The translations under genes were made by a program, and so were the position numbers. From Pseudomonadota bacterium (lineage in GTDB: Bacteria; Pseudomonadota; Gammaproteobacteria; Pseudomonadales; Moraxellaceae): 64,000 nt of DNA. The notes beneath the pieces were generated by a model, which made no database searches, had not been told where the DNA came from, and worked only from the letters and a program-made list of their open reading frames with translations. The stretch spans positions 7,914 through 71,913 of the forward strand of contig JAZKHS010000005.1 in the NCBI GenBank assembly GCA_040385265.1, written 5' to 3'. Positions within the stretch are counted from its first letter, which is position 1. Every line of letters begins with the position of its first letter. Below, piece after piece: positions 1 to 10,783 of this stretch.

Positions 1-482
1 ATGCGGGCAATCTGCACGCCATTGCGGTTTTCGGGGTTCCAGCCGGTGCGTGTCTTCAGGGTCACCGGCACGGTCACCGCGCCCACCACGGCGGCCAGGA
101 TCTGCGCCACCAGCGCCTCGTCCTGCAGCAGGGCGGAACCGGCCAGGCGGTTGCAGACTTTCTTGGCCGGGCAGCCCATGTTGATATCAATGATCTGCGC
201 GCCATGGTCCACGGCGGCGCGTGCGGCATCGGCCATCATGCCGGCGTCATAGCCCACGATCTGCACCGTGCGCGGCTCCGGCTCGCCGTGATAGTCCAGG
301 CGCGAGGCTGACTTGCGCGAGGTCCACAGGCGCGTGTCCGAGGCCACCATCTCCGAAACCACATGGCCCGCGCCCCAGCGCCGGCAAAGCTGCCGGAACG
401 GGCGGTCGGTCACGCCCGCCATGGGCGCGAGCGCCACGGGGGTGGTGAGCGTATAGGGACCCAGGGTCAGGGGCTTCAGCAT
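1..482 (-). CDS. dusB: tRNA-dihydrouridine synthase B, N-terminal ~160 codons (rest of gene lies beyond the window start)
   Basis: Not in the ORF track because it runs off the edge. The reverse complement from CAT at 480-482 reads MLKPLTLGPYTLTTPVALAPMAGVTDRPFRQLCRRWGAGHVVSEMV...IIDINMGCPAKKVCN, which is the N-terminus of a Dus-family TIM barrel. It sits next to DUF3426/prmA, as in other gammaproteobacteria. Confidence 0.85.
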   Translation of the reverse strand, partial: MLKPLTLGPYTLTTPVALAPMAGVTDRPFRQLCRRWGAGHVVSEMVASDTRLWTSRKSASRLDYHGEPEPRTVQIVGYDAGMMADAARAAVDHGAQIIDINMGCPAKKVCNRLAGSALLQDEALVAQILAAVVGAVTVPVTLKTRTGWNPENRNGVQIAR

Positions 483-664
483 GGAGACGGCCAGGGGATG
501 GAAGGGCGCGAATGATACCGGCCGGGGCGGGCCGGGCAAAGCCGCCCGGACAGCAAAAGTTGAATGAAAACTGACCGGCGGCCGACCCCGGCCTTGACCC
601 TGGTCAGCAGCCGTCTCCTGGCGCCGCCGGGCAGACAGCTGGCCAAGGCCCCAGCGTACCCGCC

Positions 665-696
665 AAAGCAAAAGGGCCGCCCTGCGGCAGCCCTTT
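665..696 (-). terminator. Rho-independent terminator downstream of the DUF3426 gene
   Basis: The minus strand reads AAAGGGCUGCC-GCAG-GGCGGCCCUUU followed by UGCUUUGG. This is a GC-rich stem with one G.U pair and a U-rich tail, about 20 nt after the stop at 718. Confidence 0.6.
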
Positions 697-717
697 CGAG
701 TCGGTGTCCTCCTTTCC

Positions 718-2103
718 TCAGAGGATGGGGTCCAGGCCATAGCTGATGGCTTCCTTGCCCGGGTCAACGACCTCCAGCGAGATACGGACCGGGGTGTCGG
801 GCGGCATGCGCCGCAGTACGCGGGCTTCGCCCCTCAGGTAGTCGGCCGGTCGCAGCAGGCGGCTGGCCACCACCTGGTCCTGGCTGTCGCTGAAGCGCAG
901 GCGCAGTGCCGGGAAGGGCTGAGGGAACGGGGCATGGTTCTTCAGGATGGCGTCCACCTGCAATGCCCCTTCCACGTCGGGATGCTTGCGCACCACCAGT
1001 TCGTCGACCTTGAGCTGGCCGGCATCGGGAATATCGGGCAGGTAGCAGCCCAGGCTGGCGCAGGCGCGCTCGAACACCGGCCGCACCGAGGGCTGGGTAG
1101 CCAGGCTTTCGAAATTGAAGAAGATGTACTGGGTGGCCAGGATCAGGGCCGCCATCAGGCACAGGAAGCTCCAGCCCAGCACATAGCCCCAGCGGATGGG
1201 GTCGCGCGGCGGCTTCAGGGTCACCGGCGCATCGACATGGGCCAGCGGACGCTCGAGGGCGAAGGGATTGGCGGCCGGCGTGGCTGGCACGGCGCCGACC
1301 GGCTGGCTCAGGTCGTCGTCGTCCAGGAAGCTGAGCACGTCGGCGTCTTCGCCCAGGAAATTGTCGTCGACCGGCGCCGGCGCCGGCGCGGCCTTTCTGG
1401 CCGGCGCCGACGGTGCCGCGGCAGGGCTCTCGCCCTGGCCGAGGGCAGCCGCCAGCTTCGGGTTCCGCGGCGGGGCCTTGGCGTTGTCGTCGACGATCTC
1501 CAGGCTCTTGTTGCGCGCGGCGGCGTGTTCCGAAGTCTCGAGCTCGGAGAGGATGTCCTGGGCCCAGGACTCGTCGGCGTTCTCGCTGAGGCGGTGGATT
1601 TCCGGCGGGTGCTCGTCCAGGAAGGCGCTCCCCGCCTCCTCGAGCTGGTCGGACAGCTCGTCGTCGAACAGCACGGTCTTGCCCGGGGTGGCCGCGGCCG
1701 GCGTCGCACCGCCGCCATTGGCCATGAAGTCACTGATGTCGTCGTCGCTGAAGCCGAAGGCATCGTCACCGGGCGCGCCGCTGGCGGCACCCGCGGCGGG
1801 CAGCTGCCACTCGCCGGGGGCGGCCTTGCCGGGATCCCCCTTCTCGCCGATCAGGTCCAGCGCCCAGGATTCGTCCTTTGCCGCTGCCTTGCCCTTGGGC
1901 TTGGCGGCGGCCGGTGCCACTGCGGGAGCCGGATGCGGTGCCGCCGGGGCGGTCGGTGCCGCGCCCACCAGGTGCTGGTCGGCCCGGAATACCTGCAGGC
2001 AGGACCCGCAGCGCACGCTACCGCCCTTGGCGGCCAGCTGGGCGTCGGTAATGCGGAAGGTACTGCCGCAATGCGGGCATTTGGTCTGCTTGGCGTCGGT
2101 CAT
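718..2103 (-). CDS. Zinc-ribbon (MJ0042-type CxxC...CxxC) / DUF3426 family membrane protein
   Basis: 461-aa ORF. The N-terminus MTDAKQTKCPHCGSTFRITDAQLAAKGGSVRCGSCLQVFRA is a double-CxxC zinc ribbon. It is followed by a long Ala/Pro/Asp/Glu-rich linker, one TM helix (WGYVLGWSFLCLMAALILATQYIFF) and a DUF3426-like C-terminal domain. It lies between prmA and dusB. Confidence 0.85.
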   Translation of the reverse strand: MTDAKQTKCPHCGSTFRITDAQLAAKGGSVRCGSCLQVFRADQHLVGAAPTAPAAPHPAPAVAPAAAKPKGKAAAKDESWALDLIGEKGDPGKAAPGEWQLPAAGAASGAPGDDAFGFSDDDISDFMANGGGATPAAATPGKTVLFDDELSDQLEEAGSAFLDEHPPEIHRLSENADESWAQDILSELETSEHAAARNKSLEIVDDNAKAPPRNPKLAAALGQGESPAAAPSAPARKAAPAPAPVDDNFLGEDADVLSFLDDDDLSQPVGAVPATPAANPFALERPLAHVDAPVTLKPPRDPIRWGYVLGWSFLCLMAALILATQYIFFNFESLATQPSVRPVFERACASLGCYLPDIPDAGQLKVDELVVRKHPDVEGALQVDAILKNHAPFPQPFPALRLRFSDSQDQVVASRLLRPADYLRGEARVLRRMPPDTPVRISLEVVDPGKEAISYGLDPIL

Positions 2104-2222
2104 CTGAGGGTCCTGGATCCTGTGCGGGGCGCTTCCACGCGTGCCGATCTTCTAATCGTCCTAATCTACTCGGCGCCCACCGATTTTTACACCGAATTGC
2201 ACGAAGTTGTGCGCCGCTTCGC

Positions 2223-3101
2223 TCAACGGTGGCGGCCGGACAAGCGGCACCAGTCTTCTTCCTTCACGGCAAGCCCGTCCATGTCGAACCATTCCCCGTA
2301 GACCTGCCTCAGCTCGGCCACCTGGGGCTGGATGATGCCGGACAGGGCGATGTCGGTGCCGGGGCGGCTGTGCCGCTCCAGGGCCGGGGCGAGCATGGCC
2401 AGCGGGCCGGCCAGGATGTTGGCGACGATGACGTCGGCGGTAATGGCCGGCATCTCCTCGGGCGAGAAGACGTGGACGCGGTCGCCGACCTGGTTGTGCT
2501 CCGCGTTGTTGCGGGTGGCGGTCAGCGCCTGCGGATCGAGGTCGACGCAGTACGCCTCCTTCGCGCCCAGCAGCAGGGCGGCCACGGCCAGGATGCCGGA
2601 GCCGCAGCCGTAGTCGATGACGACCTTGTCCTTGAGGTCCAGCTTGTCCAGCCACTCCAGACAGAGCGCCGTGGTGGGGTGGGTGCCGGTGCCGAAGGCC
2701 AGGCCCGGGTCCAGCAGCAGGTTGATGGCGTCGGGGCGGGGGGGCGGCGTCCAGCTCGGCACCACCCACAGGCGGTCGCCAAAGCACATGGGATGGTAGT
2801 GGTCCATCCAGGCGCGCACCCAGTCCTTGTCCTCCAGCACCTCGATACGGTGCTCGGGCAGCGGGTGGCCCAGGCGCGCCTCCATGAACTCCAGCACCGC
2901 GTCCATCTCGGAGTCGACGGTGAAGATGCCCACCACGCGGGTGGCGTCCCACAACGGCTGGGCCCCGGGCGGCGGCTCCAGCAGGGGCTGGTCGGCGGAA
3001 TCTTCCATCAGCACCGCGGCGGCGCCGAGCTCCTCGAACAGGGCCTCGTAGGCGGGAGCATCGGCCTTGGTGGTTTCGATCTTGAGTTGCAGCCAGGTCA
3101 T
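2223..3101 (-). CDS. prmA: Ribosomal protein L11 methyltransferase
   Basis: The ORF track gives 2223..3230. The likely start is Met44 (CAT at 3099-3101), giving MTWLQLKIETTKADAPAYEALFEELGA. The SAM-binding motif VIDYGCGSGILAVAA is present. It lies downstream of accBC. Confidence 0.92.
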   Translation of the reverse strand: MTWLQLKIETTKADAPAYEALFEELGAAAVLMEDSADQPLLEPPPGAQPLWDATRVVGIFTVDSEMDAVLEFMEARLGHPLPEHRIEVLEDKDWVRAWMDHYHPMCFGDRLWVVPSWTPPPRPDAINLLLDPGLAFGTGTHPTTALCLEWLDKLDLKDKVVIDYGCGSGILAVAALLLGAKEAYCVDLDPQALTATRNNAEHNQVGDRVHVFSPEEMPAITADVIVANILAGPLAMLAPALERHSRPGTDIALSGIIQPQVAELRQVYGEWFDMDGLAVKEEDWCRLSGRHR

Positions 3102-3281
3102 GGGGTCACCAGAAACAGAAAGCAGTAGGAGCGGCGTCAGCCGCGAAGCTCTTGGAGGGACGGCTTGGGCCGGGCCCCCTGGCCGTGAATCCCCGCAATG
3201 AAAAAGCGGCTTCCGCCACGATTGCCGCATGATACCGCAACAATCGCGGCTGAAGCCGCTCCTACGGGGAGGGAGGGTGCC

Positions 3282-4619
<1,338 letters not shown>

Positions 4620-4632
4620 GACGGGACTCCGC

Positions 4633-5106
4633 TCAGACGATGGTCAGCAGGGGCTGGTCGAACTCCACCGCCTGGCCATTCTCGACGAGGATGCTCTCGA
4701 TCGTGCCGCTTTCCTCGGCTTCGATCTGGTTCATCATCTTCATGGCCTCGACGATGCAGATGACCTCGCCTTTCTTCACGATCTGGCCGACTTCGACGAA
4801 GGCGGCGCTGCCTGGAGAGGCAGAGCGGTAGAAGGTACCCACCATGGGCGAGCGCTGCACGAAGCCGCGCGTCTGCGGCTCCACGGCGGCGGGGGCGGGG
4901 CCCTGGGTGGGCTCGACGCTGGCCTGGGCCTGGGCCGGTGCGGGGGCGGCAACGGGCGCGGCCTGGGCGGCGACCATGTGGGTGTTGGCGACAGGGGCGC
5001 GGTGACGGGCGATGCGTACCGACTCTTCGCCCTCGGTGATCTCGAGTTCGTCGATGCCGGATTCTTCCAGCAGCTCGATGAGTTTCTTGACCTTGCGAAT
5101 ATCCAT
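4633..5106 (-). CDS. accB: Biotin carboxyl carrier protein of acetyl-CoA carboxylase
   Basis: 157 aa, with a Pro/Ala linker and the biotinylation motif [11 protein letters not shown] near the C-terminus. Confidence 0.96.
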   Translation of the reverse strand: MDIRKVKKLIELLEESGIDELEITEGEESVRIARHRAPVANTHMVAAQAAPVAAPAPAQAQASVEPTQGPAPAAVEPQTRGFVQRSPMVGTFYRSASPGSAAFVEVGQIVKKGEVICIVEAMKMMNQIEAEESGTIESILVENGQAVEFDQPLLTIV

Positions 5107-5138
5107 GGAAAATACCGTAAAAAAGAGTGGAAAAATGA

Positions 5139-5588
5139 TCAGGTCGCGGAGGTGCCGAGCCGCTTCAGGGCAAATTCCAGGGCAAGTTCATAGCCCTGTG
5201 CCCCGAGGCCGCAGATGACCCCGACCGCGACGTCGGAAAAATAGGAGTGCCGGCGAAAGTCCTCGCGGGCATGCACATTGGAGAGGTGGATCTCCACGAA
5301 GGGGATGGCGACCCCGAGCAGCGCATCGCGCAGGGCCACGGAGGTATGGGTGAAGGCCCCCGGGTTGATAAGGATGAAGCGGGTGCCATCCTGGCCGGCG
5401 GCCTGGACGCGGTCGACGAGGGCGCCCTCGTGGTTGCTCTGGAATGTGCCGAGGCTGAGGCCGGCTTCAGAGGCTCGCCAGGCCAGGCGGGCATTGATGC
5501 TGTCGAGGGTGTCGGCGCCGTAGATGCCGGGCTCGCGGGTCCCCAGCAAGTTCAGGTTGGGGCCGTGGAGGACAAGAATACCTGTCAT
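5139..5588 (-). CDS. aroQ: Type II 3-dehydroquinate dehydratase
   Basis: 149 aa: [24 protein letters not shown]...[16 protein letters not shown]...[15 protein letters not shown], the hallmark type II DHQase motifs. Confidence 0.96.
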   Translation of the reverse strand: MTGILVLHGPNLNLLGTREPGIYGADTLDSINARLAWRASEAGLSLGTFQSNHEGALVDRVQAAGQDGTRFILINPGAFTHTSVALRDALLGVAIPFVEIHLSNVHAREDFRRHSYFSDVAVGVICGLGAQGYELALEFALKRLGTSAT

Positions 5589-5799
5589 GGGGTGTACTTC
5601 CTTAAGCGGCGATCAGTAAGCCGCTTGTTCCCTGATGTGTCGTCCGGCTTCTGGCCGGTCGTGCCTATACCCGGGCGCTGCCTTGGCCGGTCGTGGGCGC
5701 AGGGGGCAGTAGTCCGGAAAATGCCTGCAGTATCGGCGAAGTTCCAAGGTTTGGCCGCACAATACCGAAAGCGGGGGGGGATGGCAATGCGACCCTTGG

Positions 5800-6354
5800 C
5801 TAAGTGGAAGGCAGCCATTTTTCCCGGATCCAGCGCAGGAAGTCCGGCGCCGTCATCTCTCCCAGAAGGCGCAGGCCTGGTTGTTCCCGGCCCTGGCGGT
5901 CAAAGGCGAGCAAGGCGGGCAGGCCCGGCAGGCCATGGCGGTCCAGCAGATCCTGCACCTCCGGTGTCAGGTCGGTCGCGTCCACCTGCAGCAGGACGGC
6001 GGGGGCCAGTGCGGCCTGCACATCCGCCCGGCTGAACACCTCGTTTTTCCAGACGAGGCAGCTCGGGCACCAGTCGGCGTAGAACTCCAGCAGCACCGGA
6101 CGCCCGCGGGCAGCGGCCAGCGCGCCGGGCAGCTGGGCCGGGGTGACCACCTGGAAGTGACCGGGGCGGGTGGCCAGGGCGAGTTCCGGCGCCGGCGCCG
6201 GCCATAGCCGGACGCCGGCATAGCCCGCGGCGGTGGCGCCGAGCAGCAGTGCCACGCCGGCCAGGGCAGTGGCACGTCCGGGGCGCAGCAGCAGCCAGAG
6301 GCCAGGGAGGGCTAGCGCCAGGGCGCCGACCAGGAAGCTCAGGGACAGGGTCAT
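5800..6354 (-). CDS. Membrane-anchored thioredoxin-fold protein resembling the C-terminal (gamma) domain of DsbD
   Basis: 184 aa. Two N-terminal hydrophobic helices are followed by RPVLLEFYADWCPSCLVWKNEVF...LLQVDATDLTPEVQDLLDRHGLPGLPALLAFDRQG. This contains a CxxC thioredoxin motif in a DsbD-gamma-like context. Confidence 0.8.
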   Translation of the reverse strand: MTLSLSFLVGALALALPGLWLLLRPGRATALAGVALLLGATAAGYAGVRLWPAPAPELALATRPGHFQVVTPAQLPGALAAARGRPVLLEFYADWCPSCLVWKNEVFSRADVQAALAPAVLLQVDATDLTPEVQDLLDRHGLPGLPALLAFDRQGREQPGLRLLGEMTAPDFLRWIREKWLPST

Positions 6355-6520
6355 GGCGGGCGATACTAGGCAGTCACGTGGGGAAATGCCACCGTCCGCT
6401 TACGTGTTTGCCGAAGGGTTCTCGCCTTATGCACGGGCTGCCGCCCGTGTAGAATCGTTGCTGCCGGCGGGCGTACCTCCTTTCCCTGATTTCCCTGCCG
6501 GTCCAAGGCTCATTATCACG

Positions 6521-7492
6521 ATGGACAGCTGGCAGAACAGGCTGGCCCTGCGCTGGGACGATGTCCGCGAGCGCTGGGGGCTGCGCAACTTTCTCTCCCC
6601 CTTGCTGGTGCTGCTGTTCCTTCTTCTATTGGCCTTGCTGGCGCTCGGCTGGTACTGGGGCCGCGAGACCGCCCCGTTTCCCGTGCAGGCTGAAGCGGGC
6701 CCCGCCGGCATTGCGCTGGCGTCGGTGCAGGGGCGCATGGCGCAGGCGCTGCTGGACAAGCCGGGCGGCTACCTCAATAACGACCTGCTGCCCCCGGGCA
6801 GTCTCGCTGACGACATTCCGGCCTGGGAGCGTGGCGTCCTGCACGAGATGCGAGACCTGTCCCGGTCCATGCAGCCCCTTTCCCTGGATTCCCCGCTGGC
6901 GCCCGACCTGGCCGAGGCCGCAGAGGCCTTTGCGGTCGCGCCCGATGCCTGGGGCATGCCATCGGTAGAGGGCGAGATGGCGCGCGGTCGCGAGGCCCTG
7001 GCCCGGCACCGCGAGCGCCTGCGGGGACCGGGAGGCGCCGAGCTGGCGCTGCGCGAGGCGCAGTTGCGACGCTGGCTGGCCGGGTTGCAGGCCCGGCTCG
7101 ATGACCTGGCGATGCGCCTCAATGCCGCCCAGGCCGCCAGCCTCGCCCCCGGGGTCACGGTCGCGCCCGGGACCGAGGCAGTGCCCGCCACTTCCTGGGC
7201 GCGGGTCGACGACGTCTTCTTCGAGGCGCGCGGCAGCGCCTGGGCCCAGCTGCACCTGCTCAAGGCGGCCGAACTGGACTTTGCCGGCCTGCTGCAGGCC
7301 CGTCATGCCGACCTTGCCTTTCGCGCGGCCATCCACGAGCTCGAGGCAACCCGGCAACCGCTGTGGAGTCCGGTCATCCTGAATGGCGCCGGCTTCGGGC
7401 TGTTTGCCAACCATTCCCTGGTCCTCGCCAACTACCTCCAGCGTACGCGCGCCGAGCTGGCCGAGGTTCAGGCTCTGCTGGCAGCACCCTGA
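6521..7492 (+). CDS. DUF2333-like membrane protein (function unknown)
   Basis: The ORF track gives 6233..7492. I chose the start at MDSWQNRLALRWDDVRERWG (ATG 6521), just before the single TM helix LLVLLFLLLLALLALGWYW. The family assignment is from memory only. Confidence 0.6.
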   Translation: MDSWQNRLALRWDDVRERWGLRNFLSPLLVLLFLLLLALLALGWYWGRETAPFPVQAEAGPAGIALASVQGRMAQALLDKPGGYLNNDLLPPGSLADDIPAWERGVLHEMRDLSRSMQPLSLDSPLAPDLAEAAEAFAVAPDAWGMPSVEGEMARGREALARHRERLRGPGGAELALREAQLRRWLAGLQARLDDLAMRLNAAQAASLAPGVTVAPGTEAVPATSWARVDDVFFEARGSAWAQLHLLKAAELDFAGLLQARHADLAFRAAIHELEATRQPLWSPVILNGAGFGLFANHSLVLANYLQRTRAELAEVQALLAAP

Positions 7493-7941
7493 CCCGCAGC
7501 CGGGGCCGCTCCCCCGGCCTGGTGGTTTTCTGGGCGGGCGGCGGCCGGATTTCCCTTCCCCCGGGCCGGCGTGCAGGGCAGGGGAGGGCCGCCGTGGCCG
7601 CCGCGAGGGCCGCCTGGCCGGCCCTGCCGGCGGACGAGGGCCGCAAAATCCCCGCTTAAAATCTTACGGACTTATGGACAGCCCGGGGGAACCCGCATAA
7701 ATTCCCGTCACGGTTTCTGGCGAGTACAAGGGTTGTCCTCGCCGGGAGCGGTCGCCGCCCAGTTGCATCCACTTCGTTGCGCTTTTACCAGCCGACACCT
7801 CGGGGTAGTCACCGTCAGCGGCAAACGGAGGTATTTCCGTTTGCCCAAGGGCCGTTACGGGTTGGGCCGGGCCACAAGTCCGGTCCCATAACAAGGCAGG
7901 TCCGACCGTACGAGACCTGCTGGATAAACGGGAGTAGACGC

Positions 7942-9120
7942 ATGCGGTCATCTCAATTGATCCGTGCCTGCGCAGCCTTGTCTGCAATGGTGCTGGCCCC
8001 CGCGGCCATGGCGACACAGCTCGACATGACGCCGGGTGTCACGGAGATCAGCCAACAGGTATTCGAGCTTCACCGGTTCATGCTGTGGATTTGCATAGTG
8101 ATCGGTGTCGGTGTGTTCGGGGTGATGTTCTATTCCATCCTTCATCACCGCAAGTCCAAGGGCGCCAAGCCCGCCGACTTCCACGAAAGCACCGTCGTGG
8201 AAATCATCTGGACCGTCATTCCCTTCATTATCCTTATCGTCATGGCCGTGCCTGCCACCAAGGTGCTGATTGCCATGAACGATAGCGGCGAGGCCGACCT
8301 CACGGTGCGCGTCACCGGCTCGCAGTGGAAGTGGCATTACGAGTACCTCACCTACGGCGACACCCAGGACGTGGGCCTCGGCTTCCTGTCCGTGTTGTCC
8401 ACGCCGCGCGAGCAGTACGAGCGCCAGGGCAAGGGCTTCACCAATACGCCCGACTTTGCCGCGCATCCGAATTACCTGCTCGAGGTCGATAAGCCGCTGG
8501 TCATTCCCACCGGCAAGAAGGTGCGCTTCCTGGTCACCTCCGACGACGTCATCCATGCCTGGTGGGTGCCCGACTTCGCGCTCAAGCGCGACGCCATCCC
8601 GGGCTTCATCAACGAGATCTGGACCAATGTGCCGGTCGGCAAGGAAGGCGTGTACCGCGGCCGCTGCGCAGAGCTCTGCGGCAAGGACCACGCCTTCATG
8701 CCCATCGTGGTCGAAGCCAAGTCCCAGGCTGACTTTGACGCCTGGCTGAAGGATGCCAAGGTCCGCGCGGAAGAAGAGGCCAAGGCCGCTGCCAGCTCCG
8801 CCGACTACAAGTTCGCCAGCCTCGACGAGGCCGGCAAGCTGGGCGAAGAGGTCTACAACGCGCGCTGCGCCGCCTGCCACCAGGTCACGGGCGTGGGCCT
8901 GCCGCCCATGTTCCCCGCCCTCAAGGGCTCCAAGATCGCCGCCGCGAAAGACCAGCTTCCGGCCCAGATCGATATCCTGAACAACGGCAAGAACGCGATG
9001 CCGGCCTGGAAGGGCGTGCTGACGCCCAAGGAAATTGCGGCCGTCATCACCTATACGCGTAACGCCTGGGGCAACAGCACGGGCGATCTCGTGCAGCCTT
9101 CCGACGTTGTTGCCAAGTAA
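7942..9120 (+). CDS. coxB: Cytochrome c oxidase subunit II with fused C-terminal cytochrome c domain
   Basis: The ORF track gives 7777..9120. The likely start is MRSSQLIRACAALSAMVLAPAAMA, a signal peptide. The CuA site is HAWWVPDF...CAELCGKDHAFM, and the heme-c motif is CAACH. Confidence 0.95.
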   Translation: MRSSQLIRACAALSAMVLAPAAMATQLDMTPGVTEISQQVFELHRFMLWICIVIGVGVFGVMFYSILHHRKSKGAKPADFHESTVVEIIWTVIPFIILIVMAVPATKVLIAMNDSGEADLTVRVTGSQWKWHYEYLTYGDTQDVGLGFLSVLSTPREQYERQGKGFTNTPDFAAHPNYLLEVDKPLVIPTGKKVRFLVTSDDVIHAWWVPDFALKRDAIPGFINEIWTNVPVGKEGVYRGRCAELCGKDHAFMPIVVEAKSQADFDAWLKDAKVRAEEEAKAAASSADYKFASLDEAGKLGEEVYNARCAACHQVTGVGLPPMFPALKGSKIAAAKDQLPAQIDILNNGKNAMPAWKGVLTPKEIAAVITYTRNAWGNSTGDLVQPSDVVAK

Positions 9121-9138
9121 TCAGGGGAGAGAATAGAA

Positions 9139-10731
9139 ATGAGTCACGCCGCTTCCCACGATCATCATGATCACCACCATGTGCTGCCGCCGTTCTGGAA
9201 GCGCATGTTCACGACCTCGAACCACAAGGACATCGGCACGATGTACCTGGTGTTCGCCTTTACCATGCTGCTGACCGGCGGCGCCGCCGCCATGGTCATC
9301 CGCGCCGAGCTGATGTACCCGGGCCTGCAGTTGATCCAGCCGGACTTCTTCAACCAGATGACCACGGTCCACGGCCTCATCATGGTGTTCGGCGCCATCA
9401 TGCCGGCCTTCACCGGCTTTGCGAACTGGATGGTGCCGATGATGATCGGCGCGCCTGACATGGCGCTGCCCCGTCTCAACCTGTTCAGCTTCTGGCTGCT
9501 GCCCTTCGCCTTCCTGATCCTGATCGCTTCCGTGGTGATGTCGATCATGGGCATGGGGCCGGCGCCCAACTTCGGCTGGACCTTCTACGCGCCGCTGTCC
9601 ACCACCTACGGCCCGCCCAGCACCGACTTCTTCATCTTCTCGGTGCACCTGATGGGGATCTCCTCCATCCTCGGCGCCATCAACGTGGTGGTGACCATCT
9701 TCAACCTGCGTGCCCCCGGCATGACGCTGATGAAGATGCCGCTGTTCGTGTGGACCTGGCTGATCACCGCCTTCCTGCTGATCGCGGTGATGCCGGTGCT
9801 CGCGGGCGCCGTGACCATGATGCTGACGGACCGCCACTTCGGTACCAGCTTCTTCAGTGCCGCCGGCGGCGGTGATCCCGTGATGTTCCAGCACATCTTC
9901 TGGTTCTTCGGGCACCCCGAGGTCTACATCATGATCCTGCCGTCCTTCGGGATCGTGTCGGCGATCATCCCGGCCTTCGCGCGCAAGCCGCTGTTCGGCT
10001 ATGCCTCCATGGTCTACGCCACCGCCTCCATTGCCCTGCTGTCCTTCGTGGTATGGGCGCACCACATGTTCACCACCGGCCTGCCGCTGGCCGGCTCGCT
10101 GTTCTACATGTACATGACCATGCTCATCTCCGTGCCCACCGGCGTGAAGGTGTTCAACTGGGTTGCCACCATGTGGAAGGGGTCCATGACCTTCGAAGTG
10201 CCGATGCTGTTCGCTGTCGCCTTCATCGTGCTGTTTGCCATCGGCGGGTTCTCCGGCCTCATGCTGGCCATCGTTCCGGCGGACTACCAGTACCAGGATG
10301 CCTACTTCGTGGTGGCGCACTTCCACTATGTGCTGGTGTCGGGCGCGTTGTTCTCCATGTTCGCCGGTGCCTATTACTGGCTGCCGAAGTGGACCGGTCA
10401 CATGTACAACGAAACCCTGGCCAAGTGGCACTTCTGGTCCTCGCTGCTGTCGGTGAACCTGTTGTTCTTCCCCATGCACTTCGTGGGCCTGGCGGGCATG
10501 CCGCGTCGCTACGCCGACTACTCCCAGCAGTTCGCCGACCTCAACTTCTGGATCTCCATCGGGGGCTTCTGGTTCGGCCTGTCGCAGCTGATCTTCCTGG
10601 CGGTGCTGCTGACCGCGAAGAAGGGACCGAAGGCGGCGGACAAGCCTTGGGAAGGTGCGGAAGGCCTGGAGTGGACGGTGCCGAGCCCGGCGCCCTACCA
10701 CACCTTCGAAGTGCCCCCGGTCGTCAAGTAA
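9139..10731 (+). CDS. ctaD: Cytochrome c oxidase subunit I
   Basis: 530 aa, a polytopic heme-copper oxidase. Matching segments include NHKDIGTMYLVF, WFFGHPEVYI and HHMFTTG. Confidence 0.98.
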   Translation: MSHAASHDHHDHHHVLPPFWKRMFTTSNHKDIGTMYLVFAFTMLLTGGAAAMVIRAELMYPGLQLIQPDFFNQMTTVHGLIMVFGAIMPAFTGFANWMVPMMIGAPDMALPRLNLFSFWLLPFAFLILIASVVMSIMGMGPAPNFGWTFYAPLSTTYGPPSTDFFIFSVHLMGISSILGAINVVVTIFNLRAPGMTLMKMPLFVWTWLITAFLLIAVMPVLAGAVTMMLTDRHFGTSFFSAAGGGDPVMFQHIFWFFGHPEVYIMILPSFGIVSAIIPAFARKPLFGYASMVYATASIALLSFVVWAHHMFTTGLPLAGSLFYMYMTMLISVPTGVKVFNWVATMWKGSMTFEVPMLFAVAFIVLFAIGGFSGLMLAIVPADYQYQDAYFVVAHFHYVLVSGALFSMFAGAYYWLPKWTGHMYNETLAKWHFWSSLLSVNLLFFPMHFVGLAGMPRRYADYSQQFADLNFWISIGGFWFGLSQLIFLAVLLTAKKGPKAADKPWEGAEGLEWTVPSPAPYHTFEVPPVVK

Positions 10732-10783
10732 GCAAGGCGCGACCACGGGCCGCAATGCCCGTGGCCGCGCCGGAGGCAAGCGC

